Shown here: piece by piece, positions 1 through 13,101 of the stretch
Position numbering within the stretch: position 1 is the stretch's first letter
How the letters are laid out: every line of letters begins with the position of its first letter
DNA from: Mobula hypostoma
Taxonomy: Eukaryota
Assembly: GCF_963921235.1 (NCBI RefSeq)
Contig: NC_086109.1
Span: 26,724,001-26,788,000 of the forward strand
DNA: 64,000 nucleotides
Reading direction: 5' to 3'
Program-made: the position numbers and the translations under genes
The notes under the pieces: generated by a model
Told to the model about the DNA's origin: nothing
Seen by the model: only the letters and a program-made list of their open reading frames with translations
Database searches by the model: none

Positions 1-156
1 GGAATGGGAGTTTCTATGACGTCAATTTCAAACCAAATAAGGCATTGGCAAAATTAGCAATATGTCTGAAACTTGAGACTTTTTACTGGAAGGTTAGTGA
101 GAATATACAGCCAAGTAATTGGGGAGTGGCACCTAACAATGGCTGTCTGCATGTAC

Positions 157-1570
157 AAGCAAGAGAAAATCTGCAGACGCTGGTAATCCAAGCATCACAA
201 GCAGAATGTTGGAGGGATTCAGCAGACCAGCCAGCATCTGTGGAAAATAGTAATGCTGACGTTTTGGGCTGAGACCCTTCAGCAGGCCTGGAGAAAAAAA
301 GATGAGGAGTAGAGTTAAAAGGTGGGAGGAGGGGAGGGAGAAATACAAGGTGATAAGTGAAACCAGGAGGGGGAGGGGTGAAGTAAAGAGCTGGGAAGTT
401 GATTGGTAAAAGAGATACAGGGCTGGAGAAGGGGGGATCTCATAGGAGAGGACAGAAGGCCATGGAAGAAAGAGAAAGGGGGGCGGAACACCAGAAGGAG
501 GTGATGGGTAGGCAAGAAGATAAAGTGAGAGAGGGAATGGAGAATGGTGGAGGTGGGGTGGGGGAGGGGAGGCATCATTACCAGAAGCTTGAGAAATCGA
601 TATTCATGCCATCAGGTTGAAGATCATCAAGATGGAATGTCACCTACCACCCTACCAGCTTCCACACCGACCAGCCTCCACACCGACACATAATTCTCTG
701 TAACTTCCACCATCTCCAAGCAGATCCTACCACCAAGCACATCTTTCCCTCTTCCCCCCACCCCACTTAATGCTTTCCTAAGGGATCGCTCCCTACATGA
801 CCCTCTAGTCCATTCGCCCCTCCCCACTGATCCTCCCTCCTGGTACTTATGCTTGCAAGCGGAACAAGTGCTACACCTGCCCCCACACCTCCTCCCTCAC
901 TATACCTGTGAGTCTTTTGGGTCATACACTATGCCCAGTGCTCCTGGTGTGGCCTCCTGTGTATTGGTGAGACCTGATGTAGATTGGGAGACCACTTCAC
1001 CAAGTACCTACACTCTGTCTGCCAGAAAAAGTGGGATCTCCCAGAAGACACCCACTTCCCATTTCCATTCCGACATGTCAATCCATAGCCTCCTCTACTG
1101 TTGTGATGAAGCCACATTCAGGTTGGAGGAGTGACACCTTATATTCCGGCTGGGTAGCCTTCAACCTGATTGCATGGACATCGATTTCTCAAACTTCCTA
1201 TAATGCCCCCCTCCCGTCCACCATTCTCCACTCCTCTGACCTTATCTCCTTGCCTAACCATTGCCTCCCTCTGGTGCTCCTCTCCCTGTTCTTCCCTCCA
1301 TGGCCTTCAGTCCTCTCCCATTAGATTCCCCCTTCTCCAGACCTGAGTCTCTTTCACCAATCAACGTCCCAGCTTTTTACTTCACCACTCCCCCCTCGCA
1401 CTCCCCCTTTCACCTATCACCTTGTCTTTCTCCCTCTCCTCCCCCCACCTTTTAACTCTGACTCCTCATCTTTTTTTCTCAAGTCCTGCTGAAGGCCCGA
1501 AATGTCGACAGTACTCTTTTCCATAGATGTTGCCTGGCCTGCTGAGTTTCTCTAGCATTTAGTGTGTGTT
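157..1570 (+). mobile_element. Penelope-like retroelement remnant: inverted terminal repeat (~157-620, -), degenerate GIY-YIG region and sense terminal repeat (~640-1570, +)
   Basis: 901-1000 reads as frameshifted YTCES.G....QCSWCGLLCIGET..RLGDHF (GIY-YIG-like). The arms are inverted: ORFs 315..578(-) and 1261..1455(+) both end FHLSPC.SPSPPPTF. Degenerate hammerhead motifs at ~256-290 (-) and ~1482-1511 (+). Confidence 0.8.
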
Positions 1571-2209
1571 GATTACATGCAGCTGCATTGGAAGATCAGT
1601 GCCTCCAAATCCAAAGCCAATAGGAATTATGTTGCTTTTAAATATTGAATGTAATTGAAAACAGAGTCAAGCAGTCAAAGTGACCCTGAGATAAAGTACA
1701 GAGAGAGAAACTTCTGAGGGCACTCAGCAGATTAGGCAGCATCTATTGAAAGATAGGCTAAGTTAATGGTTGATGTCAAGGATCCTGCTCCAGAACTGAA
1801 GAAATTCTCATGAAGGGTCTTTGACACAAAACAGTAACTCAGTTTTTCTTTCCAGAGATGCTGCCTGATCTGCTGAGTGTTTCAAGCTTTTTCTCCTTGT
1901 TTCAGATGTCTGGCAGCAGCAGTGACTTGATTTTCAATTACTAGAGAAGATGAGAGACCATATGCTTCTGGAATCACAGTTTGTTCTGGTTTTGGACTCT
2001 TAGCTCTGTATTAAAACAACATATTCAATGGTTCATTTATTATCAATGTATACAACGCTGAAGTTCTTCATAATAAGTTCTGCACAATACTAATGCCAGT
2101 TTAAATAGCATTGAACAACAGCAAAACAGAATTCTAAATTTATCAAAATTATGACATGGTGTCTTAAACTCTATCAAACTCAAAGTGACACGTAAATGCG
2201 ACATGATAA

Positions 2210-2486
2210 CGTAGCCGTTAGCAGAATGCTTGATAGTACAGGTGACCCGGGTTCAATTTTCACCACTGTCTGTAAGGAATTTGTACGTTCACCCCGTGAC
2301 TGCGTGGGTTTCGTCTGGGTGCTCCGGTTTCCTCCCACAGTCCAAAGACATACGGGTTATTAGGTTGATTGGTCTTTGTAAATTGTCCCTTGATTAGGCT
2401 AGGGTTAAATCATGGGTTGATGGGCAGTGTGGCTCGAAGAGTTGGAAGGGCCTATTCTGCACTGTATCCCAATCAATCAATCAATA
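2210..2486 (+). mobile_element. tRNA-derived V-SINE (HE1-like)
   Basis: B-box-like gggttcaatt, V-domain gtgggtttcgtctgggtgctccggtttcctcccacagtccaaagac, and (caat)n tail. Confidence 0.8.
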
Positions 2487-2656
2487 ACTGTGTTTGGCAA
2501 TATTAGTGCAGATTATTTAAAATTTAGTCCAAGGGAGAGGTCTAATGGAGTACCTTGAGGGACGAAAGGGAGATGGATGGGTTAAAGGGGAAATTACAGA
2601 CTGTGGAGCATAGGAGCTGTAAGCACAGTCATCAATTGACTTGTGAAAAATGTGCT

Positions 2657-3300
2657 AAGGTTCGTCCATTGTCATCGATGAAGACCTCGACACCATTAGT
2701 ACTTTTTATGAGGTTGAGTTGCTAGCTCGACGCTCAACCCAGCACAGATGGAGAGCGTGCATGGGAGCCGGCCGGATTCCAACTTGGGACCTCTCGCCGT
2801 GAAATCCAGCGCTGATGCCACTACGCCACCAGCCGGCTTTTATGATGGTGTCGAGACTCACTCTTGATTTGGATTTAAGTGAGGGAGAGTTGCGCAGCAT
2901 CAGCCTCACTCTCTCTTCCCAATTCCCATCTGGATCCAGTAGCAAGACAAGAGTCGAGATGGCTGGAGATGGGACTAGGCGCGGTGGATGACCAGGACAT
3001 CTTCTGTGTCTTGTCGTGCTCTACTCGTTCCACGACGCTTGCAGAGACTGCCTTCTTGACTTATGGACCTTCCATTGGTCTTGTCCACTCAATCCACCGG
3101 GGTCTGCCTTCGCATGCTGGAATAGACAACACCCTATCTCACCGAGGGTTTGAGACCTGTCACTACCCTCACCTGGTTTAGCCGGCTTGTCAAAGCTGTT
3201 GCCCGGGGTGTGGCCACTGTCGCATGCAAACAGCTACGGGGAGCCACAAGTGAGAGCTGAGTGCCAGGTGGGGACCAAAGGATGTGACATGTTCCCCCAC
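2657..3300 (-). mobile_element. Short RTE-related non-autonomous element with a nested tRNA-SINE fragment (2712-2837, -)
   Basis: GC/CpG-rich block whose gagggagagttgcgcagcatcagcctcactctctcttcc motif resembles RTE-derived short elements. The nested SINE is flanked by ttttatga at 2704-2711 and 2838-2845. Confidence 0.55.
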
Positions 3301-3624
3301 CAGAGGTGCTACCCCTCCCTGACATCCCATACATGTGATAAATGTAAGATGTGCAAGAAGTCTGAATTAATTAAATGCAGATATCATGGAGATTATGGTT
3401 CTGGAGAATAATGAGGGCTGTGACCACAGAAGCCTGAGAATTTTAAAATCTAGGAGTTGTTTAATGACTAATTGTAGGTCAGTGCAAGCAAGGACCATGA
3501 CAGAGTACAGCATGCAGCTGCTGTTAGATTAGCAGCTGCCGCTGAAGTTTAGCCATTCTAACAATTATACTTGAAGGAGGTCTCAGTTCAGTCTCAAATT
3601 TTGTTGTAGGACATTTATTCATTT

Positions 3625-3800
3625 ATTTAGCACACAGTGTGGTAACAGGCCCTTCCAGCCCAACAAGCCCATGGTGCCCAATTACACCTTTGTGTCCAAT
3701 TAACCTGCAAATCTGTGTGTCCTTGTAAAGTGGAAGGAAATGGGAGCAGCCAGAGGAAACGCACATGGTGATGGAGAGAACCGTCAGCAGTGGTATTGCT
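3625..3800 (-). mobile_element. V-SINE fragment
   Basis: Reverse-complement similarity to 2210-2486 (ggaaggaaatgggagcagccagaggaaacgcacatgg); (attt)n tail at left. Confidence 0.6.
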
Positions 3801-3948
3801 GGCCCTCTGATAGTATTATGCCACTGAGCTGTCCCACACTGGATGTTAGGTGACCACAATTTCTTATCTTTGTCAGCCTGTTTTTACACAAAGCAGGGAA
3901 AAGTAGAAGTAATTTTTAAATGGTAAAAAGTTTAAAAGGTGTTAGAAT

Positions 3949-4805
3949 CAATGTTCCCTCTAAGGTGTGCGCGCATGTGCGTGCACACATCTTTTGCTAC
4001 TAGCGCACAAATGAATTTAAGCTGCGCATAAGATGTTGTCACCCTCTACCTCATTGGCATGTTAAGTATATTTCACGATCATACACAATCACATTTCCTT
4101 TTCTGGTTTCTGCTGTGGATGGTGTTGAGAACGTGGAATTTGCAATGACTTGTCTGCATACTTTAGACCTGGCTTACTTATAGTGGTTTTATTGAAGAAA
4201 TTATTGATTCACTATGTTGAATTCCAAAGAAGCAAACACAGTGAAGAGCAAAAGGACTGCTAGTTCATTTAAAGCAGAATGGCTTAATGAAACAGTAGAA
4301 ACTGCGACAATGAAAGCTCATGGTCAGGAACGTGCAGGGATGAGAAATATTTATGTACAATACAGAAACTGGTGTTACCTCCGTGTATTGTCACAATGCA
4401 AAAGTTGCTGGAGAATTTGCAAGTGGGAAGAAGTGGAGTGATATTTTGAAACTTGACTTTTTAAACCATCATTTAGCAAGCAAAACACATAAGGATAGTG
4501 AGAAAAGCTCTGGCGAGGAAGTCCTTCATTACCCACTACAAGCCTGCTATGTATATTTTGTGAGAATTCAAATGAACGAGAGCGAAGACAATTAAACCCA
4601 GAAGAAATCAAGCTTGTTGGCAGTTATTTTATTTCTTTTAAACATTGAAAAACAAACTGGACCTGGTAGTTTATTATCCTTAGAATAGCTTCAGGTTTAC
4701 TTCCACTTAAAAATTCAGTGCGCACATGTTGTTGTCACTGGACAAATAATTGCACAGCACAGGATTTTTCTGCACACTGGTCATTGCAAATTAGAGGGAA
4801 CGTTG
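3949..4805 (+). mobile_element. Non-autonomous hAT DNA transposon retaining an N-terminal zinc-finger remnant
   Basis: TIRs caatgttccctctaa / ttagagggaacgttg; 8-bp TSD gttagaat / gttagatt; coding remnant KRTASSFKAEWL...VYCHNAKVAGEFASG...HHLASKTH. Confidence 0.85.
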
Positions 4806-4921
4806 GTTAGATTTCTTGTACATGAATCTCTCCAGGGAACTTCGAGGCACAGCAAATTGGGAAGTCAAATGAAACATTAGTCCTTTTTGGAAAACAATGT
4901 GAGGACAAGTGTAGGGGTATC

Positions 4922-6125
4922 TGTTATGTTTTGTAACTCCAAAGCAATAAACTAATTGAAAGGAAAATAAAGGAGCCAGGAGATAACTTGTGTATGTTTG
5001 TTTTTACTTTAAGTGTGGCATGTACATATGACACGGTAGGGTGATGACATACGCTATTCACATATTTTGTACATAAAAATATAATGAATTATTTAAACAA
5101 TAAAGAATGCTTAATCAAATAATATAATTAGAATATTACTCAAAGATCACTAATAAGTACACAACACTCCTACATGGTTAGCTATAAACTCCAACTCAAT
5201 ATAATTCAACTTAGATGCATGTACTATGCATGCAGTACACTATAAAATATAACTACTATGTAAAGAGTCTTTGACTACAAGTACCTCGGGTCAAGAATGA
5301 TGAGTTCGGAGAAGGACATAAAGATACGGAAGGTGCTGGCGTGGAGGGCTAGGAACGACATGAAGGAAATCTGGAAGTCGAACCTGACCAGAGGGCTTAA
5401 AAAGTGGATTTTCATAGCAGTCATAGAGTCCATTCTCATGTACGGATGTGAGACGTGGACACTCACCAAGACGATGTGAAAGTCTCTAGATGGTTGCTAT
5501 ACACGAATGCTCCGGATGGCTCTTGACATGAGTTGGCAACAGCACATGACGAATGTCACCTACCAATGCTCACCACTAAAATCGAGGCGAGGAGACTGCA
5601 ACTAGCGGGGCACCGTCTACGCCACCCCGAGCTACCTGCCAGCCTGGCCATCATATGGGAGCTCAAGCACGGGAGGATGAACCCTGGGCGCCCTCCCAAG
5701 ACTATGGTCAACACGCTCCTAGAAGACAGCGGCGTGGCTAATGTGGATGAACTGAACACACTGATGAGGGAGAGGGAGAAATGGAGAGTCCGTCATCGTG
5801 CCCGATGCCGGCCCCCTAGGCCTGAGTCGATGTTGTTGTAGTAGTAGTAGTAGAAGACATCCACAGCATAGTAAATTTTAAATTGTTCCATTTAGGCCTA
5901 AAGATTTAATCTCTGTGGAGGATTTTTTAATCTTGAGGTATAATGTCTTTCCTGACAAGGGAGGTCGCTCTGCTTGGCAGGTGAGCCTTGCGGCGGTGAA
6001 AACTATCTCAGGTTCTGGATCCTCCGAGATTATATCCTGCTCCGATTACACAGGGTCCTGCTGAGACCACATGTGAAATGAGGTGTACAGGTCTGGAGGG
6101 ATATAGATTTGTGACTGAGGAGCTG
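4922..6125 (-). mobile_element. Gypsy LTR retrotransposon 3' end (LTR 4922-5166 plus pol C-terminal remnant), interrupted by an RTE-X fragment
   Basis: TG...CA LTR homologous to 46797-47257 in opposite orientation. The minus strand near 5900-5950 reads ERHYTSRLKNPPQRLNL, typical of a Gypsy pol end. Confidence 0.7.
5271..5853 (+). mobile_element. 5'-truncated RTE/RTE-X LINE 3' end
   Basis: DYKYLGS...ESILMYGCETWTLTK..SLDGCYTRMLR...RRLQLAGH..RH...PGRP; (gta)n tail at ~5838-5853. Confidence 0.85.
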
Positions 6126-6752
6126 ATGTGATGTAATACCACAAGAAAGTAAGAGCAAGCGTAGGACACGTGGCCCCTTTCGCTTCTGTCATTCAATGTG
6201 ATCATGGCTGATCTATTCAGGCTTCATTTCCTCTTCTCTGCTCATTCCCTATAACCATTGATTCCCTGATCCTCAAACAAAAAAAATGCTTCCTCCTTAA
6301 ATGCCCCCAGTGAACTAGCCCCCACAACACTCTGAGATAGCGAGTTCCTGAAGTTTTAAGGTTCATCAGTATATTTCTTGGAATGCTGGTTTGTTGGATG
6401 TGGAGAGACTAAGTAGAGCAGGCCTATATGTCTTGAGCTTAGAAGAGTGAGAGGTAATCTCATTGTAACAGGTAAAATTCGGACAGAGCTTGACAATGTG
6501 GATGTGGAGTTGGTGTCAGTCCGACCTTGGTGGCCTAACCCCAAGGGTAATAATGTGAAAATAAGGACAGAGATGACCCAGTGAGTACTGAGTTTTAGAA
6601 GCTCAGTCACTGAGTGCACTCAAGACAGAGGCTGATAGATTTTTAGATATTTTGGAAGGTGTTGCTAACATTGAAGATCAACTAAGATCTTATTGAATGG
6701 CAGAGCAAGCAATAGAGGCTGAATGGGGTACTCCTGTTCTTAGTTCTGAGTA

Positions 6753-7170
6753 AAACACACAGAATGGTGGTGGAATTCAGCAGGTCAGGCAGCATCTACG
6801 GAGGGAATAATGAAGGTTTTGGCTCGATACCTCGACTCTTTATACTTTTCTATTGATGCTGCCTGACCTCCTGAATTCCTCCAGCATTTTGTGTGTGGTG
6901 CACTGGACTTCCAGCACCTGCAGGATCTCTTGTGTTTACGATCTCGCTTTAGCTGGCTTTGTTTCTAACGCTAGATGCAGAATCTCTTCTCAGAAACAAG
7001 AGAAAATCTGCAGATGCTGGAAATCCAAGCAGCACACACAAACTCCTGGAGGAACTCCGCAGGCCAGGCAGCATCAGGACTGAGGATAATCCTGCTGAAG
7101 GGTCAGCTGTTTACTCTTTTCCATAGATGCTGCCTGGCCTGCTGAGTTCCTCCAGAGTTTTGTGTGTGCT
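6753..7170. mobile_element. Two adjacent fold-back PLE terminal-repeat insertions (~6753-6945 and ~6990-7169)
   Basis: Antisense arm (gctgg.ggaactc.gcagg.caggcagcatc) followed by sense arm (gatgctgcctggcctgctgagttcctccag). The second has a degenerate TSD tgcagaatctctt / tgcaggatctatt. Confidence 0.7.
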
Positions 7171-8644
7171 GCAGGATCTATTATGTCTATGTTACCATTA
7201 CTTATGTTTTAACTGAATAGTATTGTCTGTGATTCTATCAATGAATACCCCAATGGAGGTTTAACACTCCAATGTTCTCCCCTGTCCACGTAACAACCGC
7301 AGAATAATTTCAGTGAAGTGAAGTATACTTGCCCAAGAAGTCAATATATGATCATATAGAGCTTTCTGATAGAGTAAAGCCATTGTCACAGCATATCTGT
7401 TCTCCAGACACACATATTTAAGGACTGCTGTAGCAGGAGTGTCTGATGGTGGTCACTTATGAGACAGCATGGTTGTATTTTCTCCTCAATGACCCATGCA
7501 GAGCATTTCATGATTTCAGCCGAAATCATTTCAAGGATATGGAATGATTCATGCTTGAAAGTGACTTGCCTGTTGTTGGGAGTGATGCAAAAACTAACTT
7601 GAATTGACTATTCTGGTGCTTCGCTGGGGGGAAACAATTTAAATTATTAAAACACTGAAAGGAGAATTATCCATTTGAATTTCTCATCCTGTTACTTCTT
7701 TGGACTTTGTATGACAGTTAATGGAAAGTGACTGGTGACAAAGCAGTAACCTGATTAAAATGTTGAGATGACATCATGTGCTGCTTGTAAACATTGTCCA
7801 AACTTTCCATGGGATTTTAAAATTTCAACATGATTCTCTTCCTGTTTTTTTCTTACATCTTATCTCATAAGTGATAAGAAGCAGGATTCTACCACAGTAT
7901 TTTGTCCAGGAAGTAGTTTGTCTAATATTATAAACATGCCTTCTGTTTTCTTGCATGTAAAGAACTGGGGGAAGAAAATTGAGCTTTTTCTTTCTTTTGG
8001 ACTTTATCTCCATTTCTCTCCAAGTATTTGCCAAATCGGTGCAAGCCCGATGCAACGGAGTTCAGTAGTTCAACCTACTGAACTATTGTTCAGATTGTAT
8101 CTATGATCAAAATTTGAAACCTTTCACAACGTTCATTCCATTTTGACATGATTTATGTTATTTAGTCAACTAACATCCACAAAGGACAAAGATTAATGAC
8201 TGGTTAACAGGTTTTTAGTCCTGTTAATTGATTTAGAAAATTACTGCGTGATCTATCAGAGCTGTGATTGTCAATTCTCACGTAAGGTGCTGCCAGCTGA
8301 GCCAAGTGGACGTGTTAAAATAGTCTCTTTGAGTTTATTTGTCTGTTGGAAGCAGCTGTGTTTGATGTTTTCTGATGTTCTTCCTCATTCCATCCTATTA
8401 TTTGTGAAGCCAATTTGATAAGATTTCCGTTATATCAAACAGATTATGCGAATTGGGTTCCGATGAGAACAGTCTGAGAAAGATTGGTTTACAACCTCTG
8501 GAGTTAAAAGAGTTGGAAAGTCTGTGGCTTATGCGTAATTTGGCATGAACCTCCCTCTCCCCCAGAGCGTTGTATCATGTGACTAGGTTCTCTTGCAACA
8601 ACCATGAGGTAGAAATGGAAGGAAGAGTTTTGTCTTTCTGGAAT

Positions 8645-9610
8645 GTAGAACACAGAAACAGATCCTTCAGTCGACAATGTCTATATCAACCATGACACCA
8701 AATTAAACTGATCCCATCTGCCTACAAATGATCTCTATACTCCTACTCCATCCCTGTTTAAATGTCGCTTGCACTCAACATAGTGTCTTCACCTACCACC
8801 ACCCCTGGCAGTGCATTCCAGGCACCTACCACTCACCATGTGTAAAAAAAAATTTGGCCCTTGAAATTCTCTTTTAATCTCCCTCAGCCCCCACTATAAA
8901 GCTATCTCCTCTAGTGGTTGACATTTGTACCCTGGTAATATCACTCTGTTTACCCCATCTGTGCCTCCCATAATTTTATAACTTTCTATCCTTCAGCTTC
9001 CGACTTTCCAGAGAAAACAGTCCAAACTTGTCCAACTTCTTGTTGTGGCACGAACAAGAGAAAATCTGCAGATGCTAGAAATCAAAGTCATACACGCACA
9101 ACGCTGGAGGAACTCAGCAAGCCAGGCAACGTGTAGGGAAACGAGTAAACAATAGACATTTCGGGCTGCCACCCAAAATGTCGACTGTTTACTCTTTTCC
9201 ACAGATGCTGCCTGGTCTGCAGTGTTTCTGCAGCATTTTCTATGAATTCTTGTTGTGGCTATTACTCTCCAATACAGGCAGGACCCTGATGAACCTCTTC
9301 TATCCTTCCATTCTTTCCTGCAGTGAGGCAACGAGAACTGCACACAGCATTCCAATGCTGCCTAACCAACATTTCATGCAGGTGCAACATGACTTCCTAA
9401 CTCTTGTTGTCAGTGGCCTAACTGATAAAGGCAAACATGGCACGTGCCTTCTGTACCACTCTATCTACCCTATATTGTAAGTTTCAGGGAGTTATGGACT
9501 TGACTATGTTTTGCTTTTGTGCGTCTTCCCATTTATTGTCAACTTTCCATTATATTTGACCTCCCAGAATGCAATACCTCACAGTTTCCCAGACTAAACT
9601 CTACCTTCTA
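8645..9610 (-). mobile_element. Old CR1 LINE 3' fragment containing a PLE fold-back insertion (9050-9246)
   Basis: Minus-strand ECCVQFSLPHCRKE (CR1 LEYCVQFWSP-like). The insert is flanked by a perfect ttcttgttgtggc at 9037-9049 and 9247-9259. Confidence 0.7.
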
Positions 9611-10349
9611 TCTTTCCAGTACAGATACATCAAGGATCCAATACATTCTTTTGATTAATCAGTACTTTTGTTCATTTGACTCACCAACAGTTTTCTAGTA
9701 TCTTAGGGACAGAATCTAAGCCAAAGAGGAGAGCAGTCTCATTAAGACAAAATTTTGAGAGGATTGATGGGTGCAGGTTGAGAGGTAATTTCCTTTAGCT
9801 GGAGAGTTTGCCATTTAGTACTGAGATGGGGAGAAATTTCTTTCCTCAGAGCTCTGCATGCTGTGGATATTCAGAAATTGACTGCACTAAAGATTAATTC
9901 ATTCTGAACATTTGGACATGAAATGTGGTGAATGAGCAGGAGAGCTATCTTGAAATACAGGATTAGATGTGATATTAAATGAATTAAAAGGCGTAAAGGC
10001 TCAGGTTGCCCCGTGTGCAGAAGCAGATCAGGGGCTAGGAATAGGAAACTCTTACTCATTTTCCATCTTATTACTAAATTGCATTGGAAGCATTCTTTCA
10101 GATGAAGTCCTGTCTACCTTCCCATGTGGATCCCATGTCCCACTTAAAACAAGGGTTACTCATAACATTCTGGTCAAACTCTGCCCCTTCTTGACCATTG
10201 CTTAAATAGATTTCCTGATCATAGGTAGACTGCAAATTACTTGCAGCAGTTTTCATATTATGTCTCCAGAAGCTCTTCAGAAGTAAACCCACCCACTTAT
10301 AGCAGTTAAAAGGGATTGCTCCATTTGCAACTGCCTAGTCACCTCTTCC

Positions 10350-10780
10350 GTCTCACCAACTACGTCCCACCATGCATTCTATTCCCATGCAATTGTCGGA
10401 GGTACAATACCTGTCCTTTTACCTCTTCCCTTTCCGCTATCTATGGACCCATTCGTTCCAAGTAAGGTAGCAATTCGCTTGCACTTCTTCCATTCTAATG
10501 TACTGCACTCGATGTTCACGGTGTGATCTGCTCTGCAGTTTGAAAACCAAACATAGGCTGAGTTGATGGATTTGAGGAGCACCTGCTCTGTAGAAGTGAC
10601 CCTGAGTGTCTGGTTGCCTGCAGTTCCAGTTTCCCATTCACTCCTGCTCTGACTCTCTGACTGTGGCCTGCTGCACTGTACACTGAGGACCAGCGCAAAC
10701 TTGAGGAGCAGCACCTTGTCTTCTATCTACATTGCATCCTGTGGGGCTCGATATTGAATTTTCCAGATGCAGTATATTTC
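10350..10780 (+). mobile_element. Degenerate Penelope GIY-YIG fragment
   Basis: ACTSSILMYCTRCSRCDLLC..KTKHRL, homologous to 901-1160. Confidence 0.6.
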
Positions 10781-10888
10781 TCTTTCTTCCTGTTTGTACC
10801 AGGAGTGGCAATTTCTGCCTGTTATTCTTCTTACTACTTATTTGTAATTTCAGGTCTGTTGGCCATATCTGAGTAGTCCAAGCTATTA

Positions 10889-11795
10889 CAGTCGGCTTTC
10901 CTTATCCGCGAGGGATTGGTTCCGGGACCCCTCGCGTTACCAAAAAACGCGGATGCTCAAGTCCCATATTCAACCTGTCTAACTGCGGTGGACCTTAGGA
11001 CCCAGCGGAACCCCGGACCTCATTTAACCTGTCTCAGTGCGGTGGAGTCCGGCAGCAGAGCTCTGAATCCGCAGTGTTTCTGTTCACGAAAATAATCACG
11101 ATCACGATTTAAAATAAAGTGGAAATAATAAAGTGATCGGAAAGAGGTGAAACGCCATCGGTCATTGGAAAAGCGTTAGGCTACAGTCGGTCAACGATTG
11201 GAACAAATTTAAAGGATAAAGTGAGAAAGGCCCTGCCCTGATGAAAGCTACAATTATTACTAAGCAACGCAGTGGTTTAATTATTGGGTTTTGGGGTTTT
11301 GATCCTGCACATCAACCCAGCACGGATGGAGAGCGTGCTCGGGAGCGGTCTGTCATTGGATCGAACTCAGGAACTTCCATTCCTGAGCCCGGCGCTGAAA
11401 CATACGTTTCTTAAGTGTTTTATATGCATAGAAAGGTAAAATATATAGTATATACTAAGACAAACGTTTGACTAACTGACGCTATATAATATCGGATGTA
11501 CCTGTTCCTACTTACTTAGTAAGAGAACTTCATTTTTTTTTTGATCCCGATCCGCGATAACCTATGCACATCCTCCCGTATACTTTAAATCATCTCTAGA
11601 TTACTTATAATACCTAATACTATGTAAATGCTATGTAAATAGTTGTTGTACTGTATTGTTTAGGGAATAATGACAAGAAAAAAAAAGTCTGTACATGTTC
11701 GAACAACAAGTGCTGGAAGAGTACTTCTGGGTTTTCTTGATTCGCGGTTGGTTGAATTCACGCATGCAGAACTCGGGGAAAAGGAGGGCCGACTG
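10889..11795 (+). mobile_element. Tigger/pogo (Tc1-mariner) non-autonomous element
   Basis: TA-flanked TIRs cagtcggctttcctt / aaggagggccgactg; HTH remnant KVEIIK.SERGETPSVIGKALGYSRSTIGT at ~11117-11206; embedded SINE fragment ~11311-11397. Confidence 0.85.
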
Positions 11796-12121
11796 TACAA
11801 CTTCTTCTAGATTTCACAACATTAGCAAGACATACTTAAACAAAGAAGCCTAATTACCCATTTAATAGCTCCATTATTTATTTGTGGTACAGAAATTACA
11901 ACTGTTTCTTGAATTGCCCTCCCCATCTTCTCTGCTCCCTAGACTAACCAGTCTTCTCTCTTTGCAACAAACAATCTGTAGGAGGAACTTAGCAGGTCAA
12001 GCAGCATTTGTTGGGGGACGGAAGAAATAGTCATTGTTTTAGGTCAAAACTCTGCATCAGGACAGGTACTATTTGACCCATTGAGTTCCTCCACCAGAAT
12101 CCACCATCTATAGTCTCATTT

Positions 12122-12160
12122 CTGTCTGTCTCTCTCTTTCTCTTTCTTTCTTTCTTTCTT

Positions 12161-12203
<43 letters not shown>

Positions 12204-12281
12204 CTCTCTCTCCCCCCTCCCCCTATCCCCTCCCCTCTACCCCTCTACCCCTTCCCCTCCTCCCCTCCCCCCTTCCCCCCC
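12122..12281. repeat. Compound (TC)n/(TTTC)n microsatellite plus C-rich polypyrimidine tract
   Basis: Directly visible simple repeats. Confidence 0.95.
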
Positions 12282-12814
12282 AAGCCATTGAGGGTTATTC
12301 AACCGGAAATGTCAATTGTTTCTTCTTCCATAAATACTCAACCAGGTTTCTCAACCTTTTTTCATATTTATTTCAGATTTCCAGCATTTGCAATTTTTTT
12401 TAAAAGCACTTTATTGGCCTTATCATTTTTTGGGGCAAATCCTGGAAGTGACATGAAAAGATTTACATGAGGGCAGCTATTTTTGGTACAAGATTACAGA
12501 GTAGATAGTTGACATCAACGTTCATGCCCACAATTAAGGGATCAGTGGCCTAGAGTCAACTCTGAGCTGGATTATCACAATGAGAGGCAGAGGCCTAGAA
12601 ATATTTTAGCACCTAGAAGGTAGATATAAAGGGTGATGTACATGGGGCCAATAACATTGATTTTCAAGGTAGTTTAAGTTTAGTTGTGCATGAGTACCCA
12701 TGAATACAGCCAAATGAAACGGTGAGGCCCTGAATTGTACAAGCAGTAATGAAATTGTTTTAGACCCGTAAATGTTCCATTCCCAAGGGTAATACCACCA
12801 GTACTTTGAGAGTG

Positions 12815-13101
12815 GAGACACAAGAGACTGCAGTAACAAACATTCTGCTGGAAGAACTCAGCAGGTCAAGCAGCTGAGGAAAGGATTTGGGCTATAAACG
12901 TGCAGGAACAATGTGTGGTTAAGTGCCTTGCTCAAGACAACAACACGCTGCCTCGGCAGAGACTCGAACTCGCGACCTTCGGATCACTAGTCCAACGCCC
13001 TAACCACTTGGCCACACGCCCTGCATCGCGAGTCCTCGTGTAGGGTTTCTTCCCACAGATGCTGCTCGACCGCTGAGTTCTTCCAGTAAATTGTTTGTTG
13101 C
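12815..13101. mobile_element. PLE fold-back insertion with a nested tRNA-SINE (~12900-13020, -)
   Basis: Arms tgctggaagaactcagcagg / cgctgagttcttccagtaaa. The nested SINE is the reverse complement of 39654-39770. tgagagtg occurs on both flanks. Confidence 0.7.
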
